Of a stretch of 64,000 nucleotides of DNA, positions 53,017 to 64,000 are shown piece by piece (position 1 is the first letter of the stretch; every line of letters begins with the position of its first letter). The notes below the pieces were generated by a model. The model was not told where the DNA came from. It did not search any database and was given only the letters and a program-made list of their open reading frames with translations. The stretch is from the NCBI GenBank assembly GCA_964571765.1, contig CAZNDH010000008.1, positions 141-64,140 of the forward strand. Reading direction: 5' to 3'. Both the position numbers and the translations under genes were made by a program. Source of the DNA: an uncultured Acidimicrobiaceae bacterium (GTDB lineage Bacteria > Actinomycetota > Acidimicrobiia > Spongiisociales > ZC4RG35).

Positions 53017-53504
53017 TCCAGAAGTTCGGGGCCCCCAAGCCGGTCTCGTGGCTGCTCAACTGGTCCCGCAAGTACTCCCTGTGGCTGTTCCAGTTCGGCC
53101 TTGCCTGCTGCGCAATCGAGCTGATGGCGGCATCGGGGCCCCGCTACGACTTCATGAGGTTCGGGATCATTCCCCTACCCGCCTCGCCCCGCCAGGCGGA
53201 TCTGATGGTGGTGGCGGGCACGGTCACCGACAAGATGGCCCCTGCGGTCCGGCGTCTCTACGACCAGATGCCCGAGCCCAAGTACGTGATCTCAATGGGC
53301 TCATGCGCCAATTGCGGCGGCCCCTACTGGGACTCCTACTCGGTGACCAAAGGGGTAGATCAGGTGATCCCGGTCGACGTCTACGTTCCCGGCTGCCCAC
53401 CCCGCCCCGAGGCTCTCATGGAGGGGATCGTCCTCCTGCAACGTCTCATCCAGGACGAGAACATCAAGGAGAAGTGGAACCGGCGTGACCTCCAACCAGT
53501 CTGA
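53007..53504 (+). CDS. nuoB: NuoB-like subunit (operon 2)
   Basis: GTG at 53007 overlaps the nuoA2 3' end. [23 protein letters not shown] and VPGCPP. Confidence 0.9.
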   Translation: MGVVQKFGAPKPVSWLLNWSRKYSLWLFQFGLACCAIELMAASGPRYDFMRFGIIPLPASPRQADLMVVAGTVTDKMAPAVRRLYDQMPEPKYVISMGSCANCGGPYWDSYSVTKGVDQVIPVDVYVPGCPPRPEALMEGIVLLQRLIQDENIKEKWNRRDLQPV

Positions 53505-54078
53505 GACCACGGCCAACCCGCTCCAGGATCTCGCCGACCGGGTGACCGGGTCGGTTGGCGGGACTTCCGAGATCCAGTTCGACACCATCAAGGTGCGGGT
53601 CCCCATCACCGACTGGGTGGAGGCCCACCGCAAAGCCCGCGAAGATCTCGGGCTGGTCTTTTTCTCCTGGCTGTCGGCGATCGACTGGGCCAATCAGGTG
53701 GAGGCGGGCGATCCGCTCGGCGAAGAAGTCGAGGAGAGGCTGGAGTTGCTCACCACCCTGTCGGACATCACCGAGGGACATCGGGTCACATTCTCCACCG
53801 ACCTGCCCCGGGAGGAGGCGTCGATCCCCACCCTGGTGGAGGTGTTCCCCGGGGCCAACTGGCATGAGCGGGAGGCTCACGAGATGTTCGGCATAGTCTT
53901 CGAGGGCCATCCCGACCTGAGCCATCTCTACCTCCCCGACTCATTCATCGGCCACCCGTTGCGCAAGAGCTATCCACTGCTGAGCCGGGAGGTCAAGCCA
54001 TGGCCGGGCACGGTGGACGTCGAGGCGATGCCCGGCGAGGACGATGACCAGCCGACCACCGAGAACCCGGAGGCCTGA
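53485..54078 (+). CDS. nuoC: NuoC-like subunit (operon 2)
   Basis: [39 protein letters not shown]. Confidence 0.9.
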   Translation: MTSNQSETTANPLQDLADRVTGSVGGTSEIQFDTIKVRVPITDWVEAHRKAREDLGLVFFSWLSAIDWANQVEAGDPLGEEVEERLELLTTLSDITEGHRVTFSTDLPREEASIPTLVEVFPGANWHEREAHEMFGIVFEGHPDLSHLYLPDSFIGHPLRKSYPLLSREVKPWPGTVDVEAMPGEDDDQPTTENPEA

Positions 54079-55268
54079 TGGCGCTCGACGCCGACACCGT
54101 TCGCCACCTCAGCGAGGCCACCGTCTCGGTCGAGTTGGAGACCGGGGACATGACCCTCAACATCGGGCCCCAACATCCCTCCACCCACGGCGTGCTCCGT
54201 CTGGTGGCCCGGGTCGACGGGGAACGGGCCTTCGACGTCAAGCCGGTGATCGGGTACATGCACCGGGGGTACGAGAAGTTGGTCGAGGTGCGGACCTACC
54301 CCCAGATCACCACCATCATCAACCGGATCGACTGGGTGTCGGGATACGCCAACGAGGTCCCATTCATCGTGGCAGCCGAGAAGCTGATGGAGCTCGAGGT
54401 CCCCGAGCGGGCCCAGTACATCCGGCTGATCCTCACCGAGATGGCCCGGATGTCGTCGCACTTGGTGTTCATGGCCTCCTACCCCCTGGAGCTGGGGGCA
54501 GCCACCCCGCTCTTCTTCGCCCTCCGGGAGCGGGAGCGGATCCTCGACCTCCTGGAGAGCGTCACCGGTGGAAGGTTCCATCCCAACTTCAACCGAATCG
54601 GTGGGGTCAAGCCGGCATACGGCGCCGGGTCGTCCACCCGCAAGATGGTCCAGGACCTGCCCGCAGGGTTCCTCGCCGAGACCCGGGCTGCCATGGACCG
54701 GGTGGGCGAGGTTTGTGACGAGCTGGAGGCTCTGGTCGCCGGGAACGAGATCATCCTGGCCAGGACCAAGGGAGTGGGTGTGATCCCACCGGAGGTGGCC
54801 GCCGCCTACGGGGTGTCCGGGCCCAACCTGCGGGCATCGGGGGTGTCCTTCGATCTACGCCGGGTGGAGAATTACCTTCCCTACGACGATTTCGACTTTC
54901 GGGTGGTCACCGCGGAGAACGGCGACAGCTGGGACCGCTGGTGGGTCCGGCTCCAGGAGATCCGTGAGTCCTCGAAGATCGTCCAGCAGGCCATCGACGG
55001 GATCCCCGCAGGCCCGCTCCAGGCAAAGGTGCCCCGCATCATCAAGGTGCCCAAAGGGGAGACCTACGTCCGGGCGGAGAACCCCAAGGGGGAAATGGGG
55101 TACTACCTGGTATCCGACGGTGGTCTGGGGCCCTACCGGCTCAAGATCCGCTCGGCCAGCTTCTCCAACCTCTCCATCCTCCCCTGGGTTCTGGAAGGCG
55201 CCCTGGTCCCCGACATCATCGCCATCATGGGCTCGTTGGACTTCGTTTTGGGGGACGTGGACCGATGA
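54078..55268 (+). CDS. nuoD: NuoD-like subunit (operon 2)
   Basis: NIGPQHPSTHGVLRL, and a C-terminus ending ...LGDVDR. Confidence 0.95.
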   Translation: MALDADTVRHLSEATVSVELETGDMTLNIGPQHPSTHGVLRLVARVDGERAFDVKPVIGYMHRGYEKLVEVRTYPQITTIINRIDWVSGYANEVPFIVAAEKLMELEVPERAQYIRLILTEMARMSSHLVFMASYPLELGAATPLFFALRERERILDLLESVTGGRFHPNFNRIGGVKPAYGAGSSTRKMVQDLPAGFLAETRAAMDRVGEVCDELEALVAGNEIILARTKGVGVIPPEVAAAYGVSGPNLRASGVSFDLRRVENYLPYDDFDFRVVTAENGDSWDRWWVRLQEIRESSKIVQQAIDGIPAGPLQAKVPRIIKVPKGETYVRAENPKGEMGYYLVSDGGLGPYRLKIRSASFSNLSILPWVLEGALVPDIIAIMGSLDFVLGDVDR

Positions 55269-55285
55269 TTCGGTTTGTCGTGGTG

Positions 55286-55345
55286 CTTGGTACTTGGCGC
55301 TTGGTACTTGGACCTTCCCGGTACCCGGTACCCAGTACCCAGTAC
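55286..55345 (+). repeat. GTAC-core tandem repeats in the nuoD2-nuoH2 spacer
   Basis: 2 x CTTGGTACTTGG (55286-55297 and 55300-55311), then CGGTACC CGGTACC CAGTACC CAGTAC (55319-55345). The two arms are imperfectly complementary. Confidence 0.85.
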
Positions 55346-55368
55346 AGGGCGCGCAGAAAGGCCACGCA

Positions 55369-56373
55369 GTGGAGTTCTTGACCGACCTCCTCTCCAATTT
55401 CTGGATCGCCTTGGCGGCCAAACTGGCCCTGGTCGCACTGATGATCCCGCTCCTCGGGATGGCCATCGGATTCGCCGAGATCAAGCTGTCGGCAAAGATG
55501 CAGGCTCGGATGGGGCCCTATTTCGCCGGAGGTCGCTGGGGCTGGGCCCAGTTGATCGCCGACGGGATCAAGTTCTTCCAGAAGGAGGACCTCATCCCCG
55601 AGGAAGCCGACCGCCCGGTGTTCAAGCTCGCCCCGCTGGTGGTGATGGTGGGCACGGTTGCGTTATTCGTGGTGATCCCCTTCGGGCCCGGCCTGATCTT
55701 TCGCGACCTCTCGGTGGGGATCTTCTACGCCCTCGCGATCTCCTCGCTGAGCACCGTGGGGGTGCTCATGGCCGGCTGGTCGTCGGCCAACAAGTACTCC
55801 CTTCTCGGTGGTCTGCGCGCCGCAGGCCAGCTGATCGCCTACGAGGTGCCCCTGGTGTTCGCCGCGGTCGGTGTGGTGATCATGGCGGGGACGATGAGCA
55901 TGGCGGGGATCGTCGAAGCCCAGATCAACGCGGGATACCCCTTCGTCATCTTCCAGTTCATCGGATTCGCCATCTTCATCATCGCCTCCCTTGCCGAGCT
56001 CTCCCGAATCCCCTTCGACCTCCCCATAGCCGAGTCGGAGCTGGTCATGGGGTACCTCACCGAATATTCCGGGTTCCGCTTCCTCTTCTTCTTCCTCGCC
56101 GAGTTCGCCAACATGTTCACTCTGTCGGCGATCGCGGTCACCTTGTTCCTCGGCGGCTACTGGCTGCCCGGGATCCCCGAGGGCATCCTCGAGTTCGCCG
56201 GCCCGGCGATCCTCATCGGCAAGGTGTTCCTCCTGGTGTTCGCCATGATCTGGTTCCGCTGGACCTTCCCCCGGTTCCGCCAGGACCAGCTCCAGACCCT
56301 GGCTTGGAAGTGGTTGATCCCCATCGCCCTGGTCAACCTGACCCTGACCGGGATCTTCAAGGTGGTGCTGTGA
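55369..56373 (+). CDS. nuoH: NuoH-like subunit (operon 2)
   Basis: GTG at 55369 follows GAAAGG. AEIKLSAKMQARMGP, GWSSANKYSLLGG and RIPFDLPIAESELVMGYLTEYSG. Confidence 0.9.
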   Translation: MEFLTDLLSNFWIALAAKLALVALMIPLLGMAIGFAEIKLSAKMQARMGPYFAGGRWGWAQLIADGIKFFQKEDLIPEEADRPVFKLAPLVVMVGTVALFVVIPFGPGLIFRDLSVGIFYALAISSLSTVGVLMAGWSSANKYSLLGGLRAAGQLIAYEVPLVFAAVGVVIMAGTMSMAGIVEAQINAGYPFVIFQFIGFAIFIIASLAELSRIPFDLPIAESELVMGYLTEYSGFRFLFFFLAEFANMFTLSAIAVTLFLGGYWLPGIPEGILEFAGPAILIGKVFLLVFAMIWFRWTFPRFRQDQLQTLAWKWLIPIALVNLTLTGIFKVVL

Positions 56374-56870
56374 TGACGACCGAGCCGAGGCGCAATATCC
56401 CCGGCCGGGGGTTGCTCAAAGGGATGGCGGTGACTTTCGGCACCATGGTGCGCACCATCTTCCGTCCCAAGCGTTACCTGCGGACGGTCAACTACCCCAA
56501 GGACAAGGAAGTCCCGGTACCCCGGGCCCGGGGGGTGATCGCCCTCGACCAGGAGGCGTGCACGGTGTGCATGCTCTGCGCCCGGTCCTGTCCCGACTGG
56601 TGCATCTACATCGAGGGTCACAAGGAGGAGATCCCGCCGGACAAGCCTGGCGGCCGGATCAAGGTCCGCTCCAAGCTCGACCGGTTCGACATCGACTACG
56701 CCCTGTGCATGTACTGCGGGATCTGCGTCGAGGTGTGTCCCTTCGACGCATTGTTCTGGAGCCCGGAGTACGAGTACTCCGAGCCCAACATGGGCGCCAT
56801 GCTCCACGACATGGACCGTCTCCAGGACTGGCTGGAGACCGTCCCTGACCAACCTGGGCTCGAGAAGTGA
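56373..56870 (+). CDS. nuoI: NuoI-like subunit (operon 2)
   Basis: CTVCMLCARSCP and CMYCGICVEVCP. Confidence 0.9.
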   Translation: MTTEPRRNIPGRGLLKGMAVTFGTMVRTIFRPKRYLRTVNYPKDKEVPVPRARGVIALDQEACTVCMLCARSCPDWCIYIEGHKEEIPPDKPGGRIKVRSKLDRFDIDYALCMYCGICVEVCPFDALFWSPEYEYSEPNMGAMLHDMDRLQDWLETVPDQPGLEK

Positions 56871-57418
56871 GCTTCGGGGACTGGATCGGGGAGCCTGTCA
56901 ACTGGGTTTTCGCTGCAATCGGGGCGGGCATCCTCTTCGCCGGGCTCAGGGTGGTCACCGCCCCCAACCTGGTGCACGCCGCCCTCTACCTGGTTGCCAC
57001 CTTCGCCGGGATCGCCGGGTTGTTCCTCATCCTCTCCGCCGAGTTCGTCGCCTGGGCCCTGGTGCTGATCTACATAGGGGCGGTGGTGGTCCTCTTCCTC
57101 TTCGGGATCATGATCACCAGGGCTCCCACCGGGGTCGACGAGGGTCTCAGCGCCCAACATCGGATGGGGCCTGCGGTGCTCGCCGCCGGGCTGTTCGCCC
57201 TGATGGCATGGACCGCCTTCCAGGCGTTCGGTACCGACGCCCTGATCGCCACCGGTCAACCCACCGAGACAGAGGTGCTCGGCCGGGCCCTGCTGGGCAG
57301 GTTCGTCATACCCTTCGAGGTGGTCGGCTTCATCCTGCTCGCCGCCCTCATCGGCGGCATCACCATCGCCCGCCGAGACCTCACCCCGGCAGAAGAGGAA
57401 GAGAGGGCATCGGTGTGA
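56867..57418 (+). CDS. nuoJ: NuoJ-like subunit (operon 2)
   Basis: GTGA overlap with the previous gene. VTAPNLVHAALYLVATFAGIAGLF...LIYIGAVVVLFLFGIM. Confidence 0.9.
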   Translation: MSFGDWIGEPVNWVFAAIGAGILFAGLRVVTAPNLVHAALYLVATFAGIAGLFLILSAEFVAWALVLIYIGAVVVLFLFGIMITRAPTGVDEGLSAQHRMGPAVLAAGLFALMAWTAFQAFGTDALIATGQPTETEVLGRALLGRFVIPFEVVGFILLAALIGGITIARRDLTPAEEEERASV

Positions 57419-57720
57419 CCCTTATCCAGTTTCTCATCCTCGGTGCCGGACTGTTCTCGCTTGGGGTCTACGGGCTGCTGGTGAGGCGGAACATCGTGCT
57501 CATCCTCCTCTCCGTCGAGCTGATGCTGGCCGCGGTCAACATAAACCTTGTGGCCTTCGAGGCGTTCCTGGTCACCTCCGAGGCCATCGGTCAGGTCTTC
57601 GCCCTCTTCGTGATCACCGTGGCCGCCGCCGAGGTGGGCATCGGCCTGGCCATCGTCCTGATGATCTTCCGCAACCGGCGGTCCGCCAACGTCGACGAGC
57701 TCTCCCTGATGAGGTGGTAG
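57415..57720 (+). CDS. nuoK: NuoK-like subunit (operon 2)
   Basis: SVELMLAAVNINL...AAAEVGIGLAIVLMIFR. Confidence 0.9.
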   Translation: MTLIQFLILGAGLFSLGVYGLLVRRNIVLILLSVELMLAAVNINLVAFEAFLVTSEAIGQVFALFVITVAAAEVGIGLAIVLMIFRNRRSANVDELSLMRW

Positions 57721-57784
57721 TGATGGGCTCGCTCGGCCCGCTGTCTTTCGTACTTGGTATCAGGTGCCAGGAGATGGGCTCGTG

Positions 57785-59806
<2,022 letters not shown>

Positions 59807-59828
59807 GTTATGGAGGAGAGGCCTAGAG

Positions 59829-61454
59829 ATGGAATGGTTTGAAAGCTGGGGTCTGACGATGATCGTCTTCCTCCCCCTGGTCGGAGCGTTGCTCATCGGG
59901 GTCATCCCCGAGGACAACGAGGAGGCGATCAAGCGCACCGGCCTCACCATGGCGGTCCTCGCCTTCCTCGCCAGCCTCTTCCTCGTCAGTCAGTTCGACT
60001 ACTCGGCCCGGGGCTACAACAATTACCAATTCGAGGTCGACGTCACCTGGATCGGGGCGATCAACTCCAACTACCACATCGGGGTCGACGGGATCAGCCT
60101 GCCTCTGTTGGTCCTGTCCACCTTCATCGTGGTCCTGGCGGTGATCTACTCGTGGAACCACTGGGAGGAGCCGAGGAATCCCAAGGCCTTCCTGATTCTC
60201 ATGATGATCCTGGCCACCGGGATGAACGGCACCTTCGTCGCCCTCGACCTGGTGCTGTTCTTCATCTTCTTCGAGGTGGTGCTGCTCCCCATGTACTTCA
60301 TGATCGGGATCTGGGGGGATAAGACCCCGCGGCGGATCCCCGGGTTCAAAAGGGAGTTCGAGACCCGGCTCTATGCGGCGATCAAGTTCTTCCTCTTCAC
60401 CCTGTTCGGCTCGGCGTTCATGCTCCTCGGGTTCCTCGCCCTCTATTTCGAGTCGGGCAACGTCAGCGACCTGGGGCGGACTTTCGACATCCCCTTGCTC
60501 ACCGAGTTGGGGGCCGCCGGCGCATTCACCGGCACCTTCGCCTTCCTGGTTTTCGGGGCGATGTTCTTGGGGTTCGCGGTCAAGGTGCCAATGTGGCCGC
60601 TTCACACTTGGCTTCCCGACGCCCACACTGCGGCGCCCACGGTGGGCTCGGTGCTCCTGGCCGCCATCCTCCTCAAGCTGGGCTCGTACGGGTTCATCCG
60701 GATCTCGCTGCCGATACTCCCCGACGAGGCGGCGCGCTGGGCCCCGGTCATCGCCATCCTGGCGGTGATCGGGATCATCTACGGCTCACTGGCCTGTCTC
60801 GCCCAGACCGACATGAAACGGCTGATCGCTTTCTCCTCGGTGGGCCACATGGGTTTCGTCATGCTGGGGATCGCCACCCTGACCGACATCGGGATCAACG
60901 CCGCCATCATCGGGATGGTGGCCCACGGTCTGATAACCGGGCTCCTCTTCTTCCTCGCCGGCTCGCTCAGCCACCGATACCACACCCGGGAGATGGCACG
61001 TCTCGGAGGCAACATGAAGCTGATGCCGGTGATGGGAGGGATCCTCGCCTTCACCGCCATGGCCTCTCTGGGGCTCCCCGGCCTGGCCGGGTTCTGGGGG
61101 GAGTTCATGTCGCTGGTCGGCGCCTACAACCCCCTCGACGGGCTGTCGCTGGGGGTGTTCCGCACCGCCATGGTGTTGGGCGCCATCGGAACCGTGCTCA
61201 CCGCGGGCTACATGCTGATGATGCTGCAGAAGGTGAACCTGGGCGAGCCCTCAGCCGAGTGGGCGGGACACCAGCTCCACGACGTCAACCGATTCGAGCT
61301 GGCCTCATGGGCGCCGCTCATCGTGCTCATCGTGGTCATCGGGCTCTACCCAAGGCTGATCTTCGACACCACCACCGATACCGTGACCTCCCTGGTGGAG
61401 ATGGCGTTCCATGGAGACACGGTCGCCTCACTCTCTTCGTCCGGGGGTGGCTAG
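59829..61454 (+). CDS. nuoM: NuoM-like subunit (operon 2)
   Basis: FAVKVPMWPLHTWLPDAHTAAPTVGSVLLAAILLK. Confidence 0.9.
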   Translation: MEWFESWGLTMIVFLPLVGALLIGVIPEDNEEAIKRTGLTMAVLAFLASLFLVSQFDYSARGYNNYQFEVDVTWIGAINSNYHIGVDGISLPLLVLSTFIVVLAVIYSWNHWEEPRNPKAFLILMMILATGMNGTFVALDLVLFFIFFEVVLLPMYFMIGIWGDKTPRRIPGFKREFETRLYAAIKFFLFTLFGSAFMLLGFLALYFESGNVSDLGRTFDIPLLTELGAAGAFTGTFAFLVFGAMFLGFAVKVPMWPLHTWLPDAHTAAPTVGSVLLAAILLKLGSYGFIRISLPILPDEAARWAPVIAILAVIGIIYGSLACLAQTDMKRLIAFSSVGHMGFVMLGIATLTDIGINAAIIGMVAHGLITGLLFFLAGSLSHRYHTREMARLGGNMKLMPVMGGILAFTAMASLGLPGLAGFWGEFMSLVGAYNPLDGLSLGVFRTAMVLGAIGTVLTAGYMLMMLQKVNLGEPSAEWAGHQLHDVNRFELASWAPLIVLIVVIGLYPRLIFDTTTDTVTSLVEMAFHGDTVASLSSSGGG

Positions 61455-61654
61455 GTGCCGGGGAGCATCGGTGTGCCTGTCCCTGTGGGGGGACCGTCTG
61501 AAGGGAAGCAAGGGCAAGGGGGATATGAACCGCCAGCGAACTCGTCCGCGACCGATAGGCCCTCCGGAGGCGGGAGGCGGCCTCGGCTTCGCCTCGGGCC
61601 CCCCTGGACGGCCCTCCGGGCTGGCGGTTCCCCGGTGGACAAGGGGACATCGCG

Positions 61655-63136
61655 ATGACCTGGGAGGTCGACTACCTTGCGCTGTCACCCGAGCTGATCG
61701 TGGTCGGCACCTTGTTGGTGGTGCTGGTGCTCGACCTGGTGTTGCCCCGGCCGCTCAAGTACTGGACGGCCACGGTCGCCGTCGCCGGCACGGCAATGGC
61801 CTTGATCCCCCTGGCCTTCATGGCGTTCGACGGCACGGTGCGATCGATGTTCGACGGGTCGTTCGTCGTTGACCAGTTCGCCGTGGTGCTCAAGGTGGTC
61901 TTCCTCATCGCCGCCTATGTGGTCTTCCTCATGTCGCACCACTACATCGAGTCGGACCGCTACTACCAGGGGGAGTACTACTTCCTCCTGCTCGCCTCGC
62001 TGCTCGGCTCGCTGGTCATGGCCTCGGCCCGCGACCTCATCGTCCTTTTCATCGGGCTGGAGCTGACCACCGGGCCGCTGTACATGCTGGCCGGGTGGCG
62101 CAAAGGTGACGTCAAGTCCAACGAGGCCTCGATGAAGTACTTCGTCCTCGGGGTGCTCTCCACCGCGATCATGCTCTACGGGATGTCGCTCCTGTTCGGG
62201 GTCACCGGGGAGATCACCTTCGCCGGTCTCGCCGAGGCCACCGCCGGCCGGGCCGGGGAGCCCATGCTGGTGATGGCGGTGCTGTTCGTCATCGTCGGCT
62301 TCGCCTTCAAGGTGTCGGCGGTTCCCTTCCACTTCTGGGCCCCGGACACCTACGAGGGGGCACCGACACCGATCACCGCCTACCTCTCGGTCAACTCCAA
62401 GGCGGCGGGGTTCGTCGCCATGCTCCTGGTGATGTACCTCGCCCTCCCCGGGCTCTCCGAGATCTGGGCGCCGGCGCTGTGGCTGCTGGCAGCCCTGTCG
62501 ATGACCGTCGGCAACCTAACGGCTCTCCGCCAGTCGAACATCGTCCGTCTGCTTGCCTACTCGTCGATCGCCCAGGCCGGTTTCATGCTGGTGCCTTTCG
62601 CCGCCGCCGGGGTCGCCGGGGCCGACCTCGAGGAGGCTTTCGCCGCCACGGTCATCTACCTGGTGATCTACGCGGTGATGAACCTGGGGGCGTTCGCGGC
62701 GGTCATCGCCGGAGCCCGGGTCACCCGATCGGGCGAGATCCCCGCCTGGGCCGGTCTGGCGAGGATCGACCCCCGAGCCGGGGTGCTGCTGGCGGTGTTC
62801 TTCTTCAGCCTGGCAGGGATCCCACCGCTGGCGGGATGGTTCGCCAAGTTCGTCATGTTCCGATCGGTGATGATCGCCGGCGGGGCAGCAACCGTTGTCC
62901 TGGCGGTGATCGCCGCGGTCAATGCGGTGGTCTCGCTGTACTACTACGCCCGAGTGGTGCGCACCGTGTGGATGGACGACGCCGAGTTGGGATCGGCCGA
63001 GCCGGTCTCCCCCCCGGCTGGTTCGCTCCGGTTGGCGCTGGGGATCGCGGCGGTGCTGACGGTGGTGGTGGGCTTCTACCCGGCGATCGCCACATTCGTC
63101 GGCGAGGCCTCGAGGGTCATTGCCACCGGTGGATGA
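61655..63136 (+). CDS. nuoN: NuoN-like subunit (operon 2)
   Basis: GFAFKVSAVPFHFWAPDTYEGAPTPITAYL and LAYSSIAQAGF. Confidence 0.9.
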   Translation: MTWEVDYLALSPELIVVGTLLVVLVLDLVLPRPLKYWTATVAVAGTAMALIPLAFMAFDGTVRSMFDGSFVVDQFAVVLKVVFLIAAYVVFLMSHHYIESDRYYQGEYYFLLLASLLGSLVMASARDLIVLFIGLELTTGPLYMLAGWRKGDVKSNEASMKYFVLGVLSTAIMLYGMSLLFGVTGEITFAGLAEATAGRAGEPMLVMAVLFVIVGFAFKVSAVPFHFWAPDTYEGAPTPITAYLSVNSKAAGFVAMLLVMYLALPGLSEIWAPALWLLAALSMTVGNLTALRQSNIVRLLAYSSIAQAGFMLVPFAAAGVAGADLEEAFAATVIYLVIYAVMNLGAFAAVIAGARVTRSGEIPAWAGLARIDPRAGVLLAVFFFSLAGIPPLAGWFAKFVMFRSVMIAGGAATVVLAVIAAVNAVVSLYYYARVVRTVWMDDAELGSAEPVSPPAGSLRLALGIAAVLTVVVGFYPAIATFVGEASRVIATGG

Positions 63137-63157
63137 GGTAGGCCTCGCTGCGTCCGG

Positions 63158-63736
63158 CTAGCGAGTGAGCTCGCCTCGTTTCAGCGCCCGGTACTCGCGG
63201 TCGAGCAACGACCAGTGGGAGTGGTCTACCCAGTTGCCCCTGATGAGGAGCTCCTCACGCAGCACCCCCTCGCGAGTGAACCCCAGCTTCTGGGCGACCC
63301 GGTCGGAGGCGTCGTTGCCCACGGCGATGCGGAGGACCGCCTTGTGATAGCCCAGGGCGTCGAATGCCTCTCGTAGGATGCGGTCGACCGCCTCGGTGCA
63401 CACGCCGTGGCCGGTCTCGCCGGAATGCACCCAGTACCCGATCTCGACGATTTTTCCCAGTTTGGACACCGTCCAGAACGAGACGTTGCCGATGTGGCGG
63501 GTGGGGTCGTCCTTTCTCCTGATCGAGTAGTCCCAGGCGCGCTCCTCCCGCCAGGCCAGCATCGACTCGCGGAGGAATGCTGCGGTGTCGCCGGAGTTGT
63601 AATCCATGCGGGCCCAGGGAAGCCACTGGTTGAGATCGGGAAGCGACGCCCGGATTGCCTCGTCCACGGTGTGGGCGTCACGGCGGGCGAAGCGCTGGAG
63701 CTGGAGACGCTCGGTTTCGAGGAGGCCCCTGGGCAT
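63158..63736 (-). CDS. GNAT-family N-acetyltransferase (RimJ/RimL-like)
   Basis: ATG at 63736 (MPRGLLETERLQLQRF...). IGYWVHSGETGHGVCTEAV...LGYHKAVLRIAVGNDASDRVAQKLGF. The track ORF extends upstream to the window edge. Confidence 0.85.
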   Translation of the reverse strand: MPRGLLETERLQLQRFARRDAHTVDEAIRASLPDLNQWLPWARMDYNSGDTAAFLRESMLAWREERAWDYSIRRKDDPTRHIGNVSFWTVSKLGKIVEIGYWVHSGETGHGVCTEAVDRILREAFDALGYHKAVLRIAVGNDASDRVAQKLGFTREGVLREELLIRGNWVDHSHWSLLDREYRALKRGELTR

Positions 63737-63775
63737 CGGTTCAGGATATAGGCAGGAATAACCTCTACAACGCCC

Positions 63776-64000
63776 ATGTGGGAGCATCTCAAGATCCACG
63801 ACGACTACCCCAACCCCGGGGACCGGCCAATGGCCGCGGTCCTGGCTCCGCTGTACCTCGATGACGACGGGCGTATCAGGGTGGTGCTCACCAAGCGGCC
63901 TGAAACCATGCCCACCCATGCCGGGCACATATCCTTCCCCGGGGGGCGACCCCACCCCGGTGACGATGGACCGGTGGCCACCGCCTTGCGGGAGGCGCAC
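63776..64000 (+). CDS. Nudix hydrolase (CoA-pyrophosphatase-like), 3' end beyond window
   Basis: Not in the ORF track because there is no stop in the window. Hand translation from ATG 63776 gives MWEHLKIHDDYPNPGDRPMAAVLAPLYLDDDGRIRVVLTKRPETMPTHAGHISFPGGRPHPGDDGPVATALREAH. This ends inside the Nudix box (GGx5Ex7REAxEE). Confidence 0.7.
   Translation, partial: MWEHLKIHDDYPNPGDRPMAAVLAPLYLDDDGRIRVVLTKRPETMPTHAGHISFPGGRPHPGDDGPVATALREAH

Noticed and set aside
55286-55345. CRISPR-like or minisatellite interpretation of the tandem repeats.
   Set aside because: The units are only 7-14 bp, contiguous and without unique spacers. No cas genes are in the window.

Overview
High-G+C chromosomal segment with actinobacterial hallmarks: Rex, an RsiG-like protein, a PspC/LiaF module, a QcrC-like dihaem cytochrome c, NrdR-type boxes, many ATGA/GTGA/TGATG start-stop overlaps, and a probable leaderless start. 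I support about 70 protein genes. I saw no rRNA, tRNA or CRISPR array by eye. The window is dominated by respiration. Left to right: (1) A 3'-truncated class II ribonucleotide reductase gene nrdJ (minus, 1-4545). It is absent from the ORF track because its frame runs off the window edge. It carries an in-frame 438-aa LAGLIDADG intein (832-2145), with a promoter, tandem NrdR-like boxes and a DnaA box upstream. (2) A PspC/LiaF-like envelope-stress cluster beside an OmpR-type two-component system that is flanked by two paralogous secreted Ser/Thr-rich proteins. (3) Housekeeping and accessory genes: YczE-like membrane protein, alpha/beta hydrolase, quinone oxidoreductase, a MoaD-like domain fused to a polytopic membrane domain, M23 peptidase, RsiG-like protein, asparaginase-II family, YbjN-like protein, CAP-domain protein, Clp1-like P-loop protein, DUF62 SAM hydroxide adenosyltransferase. 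(4) A divergent respiratory supercluster. On the minus strand sits a cbb3-like ccoN/ccoO/cytochrome c operon in which the CcoN-like subunit appears to have lost all canonical haem/CuB histidine ligands. On the plus strand sits a 7-gene operon: membrane protein, 2[4Fe-4S] ferredoxin, split cytochrome b6, subunit IV, Rieske protein, dihaem cytochrome c, small membrane protein. (5) rex, a geranylgeranyl-reductase-family gene, a HAD hydrolase and a complete 14-gene nuoA-N operon. (6) moaA, membrane proteins, a DUF402 gene, a DUF559/AbiEi-like gene bracketed by repeated palindromes, and a phosphodiesterase-family gene. (7) A second 11-gene nuo operon (A B C D H I J K L M N) that lacks nuoEFG. (8) A GNAT acetyltransferase and a 3'-truncated Nudix gene at the right edge, also missing from the ORF track. 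Most long ORFs in the track that lie antisense or out of frame to these genes are high-G+C artefacts. All protein-family calls rest on motif recognition by eye, not database searches.
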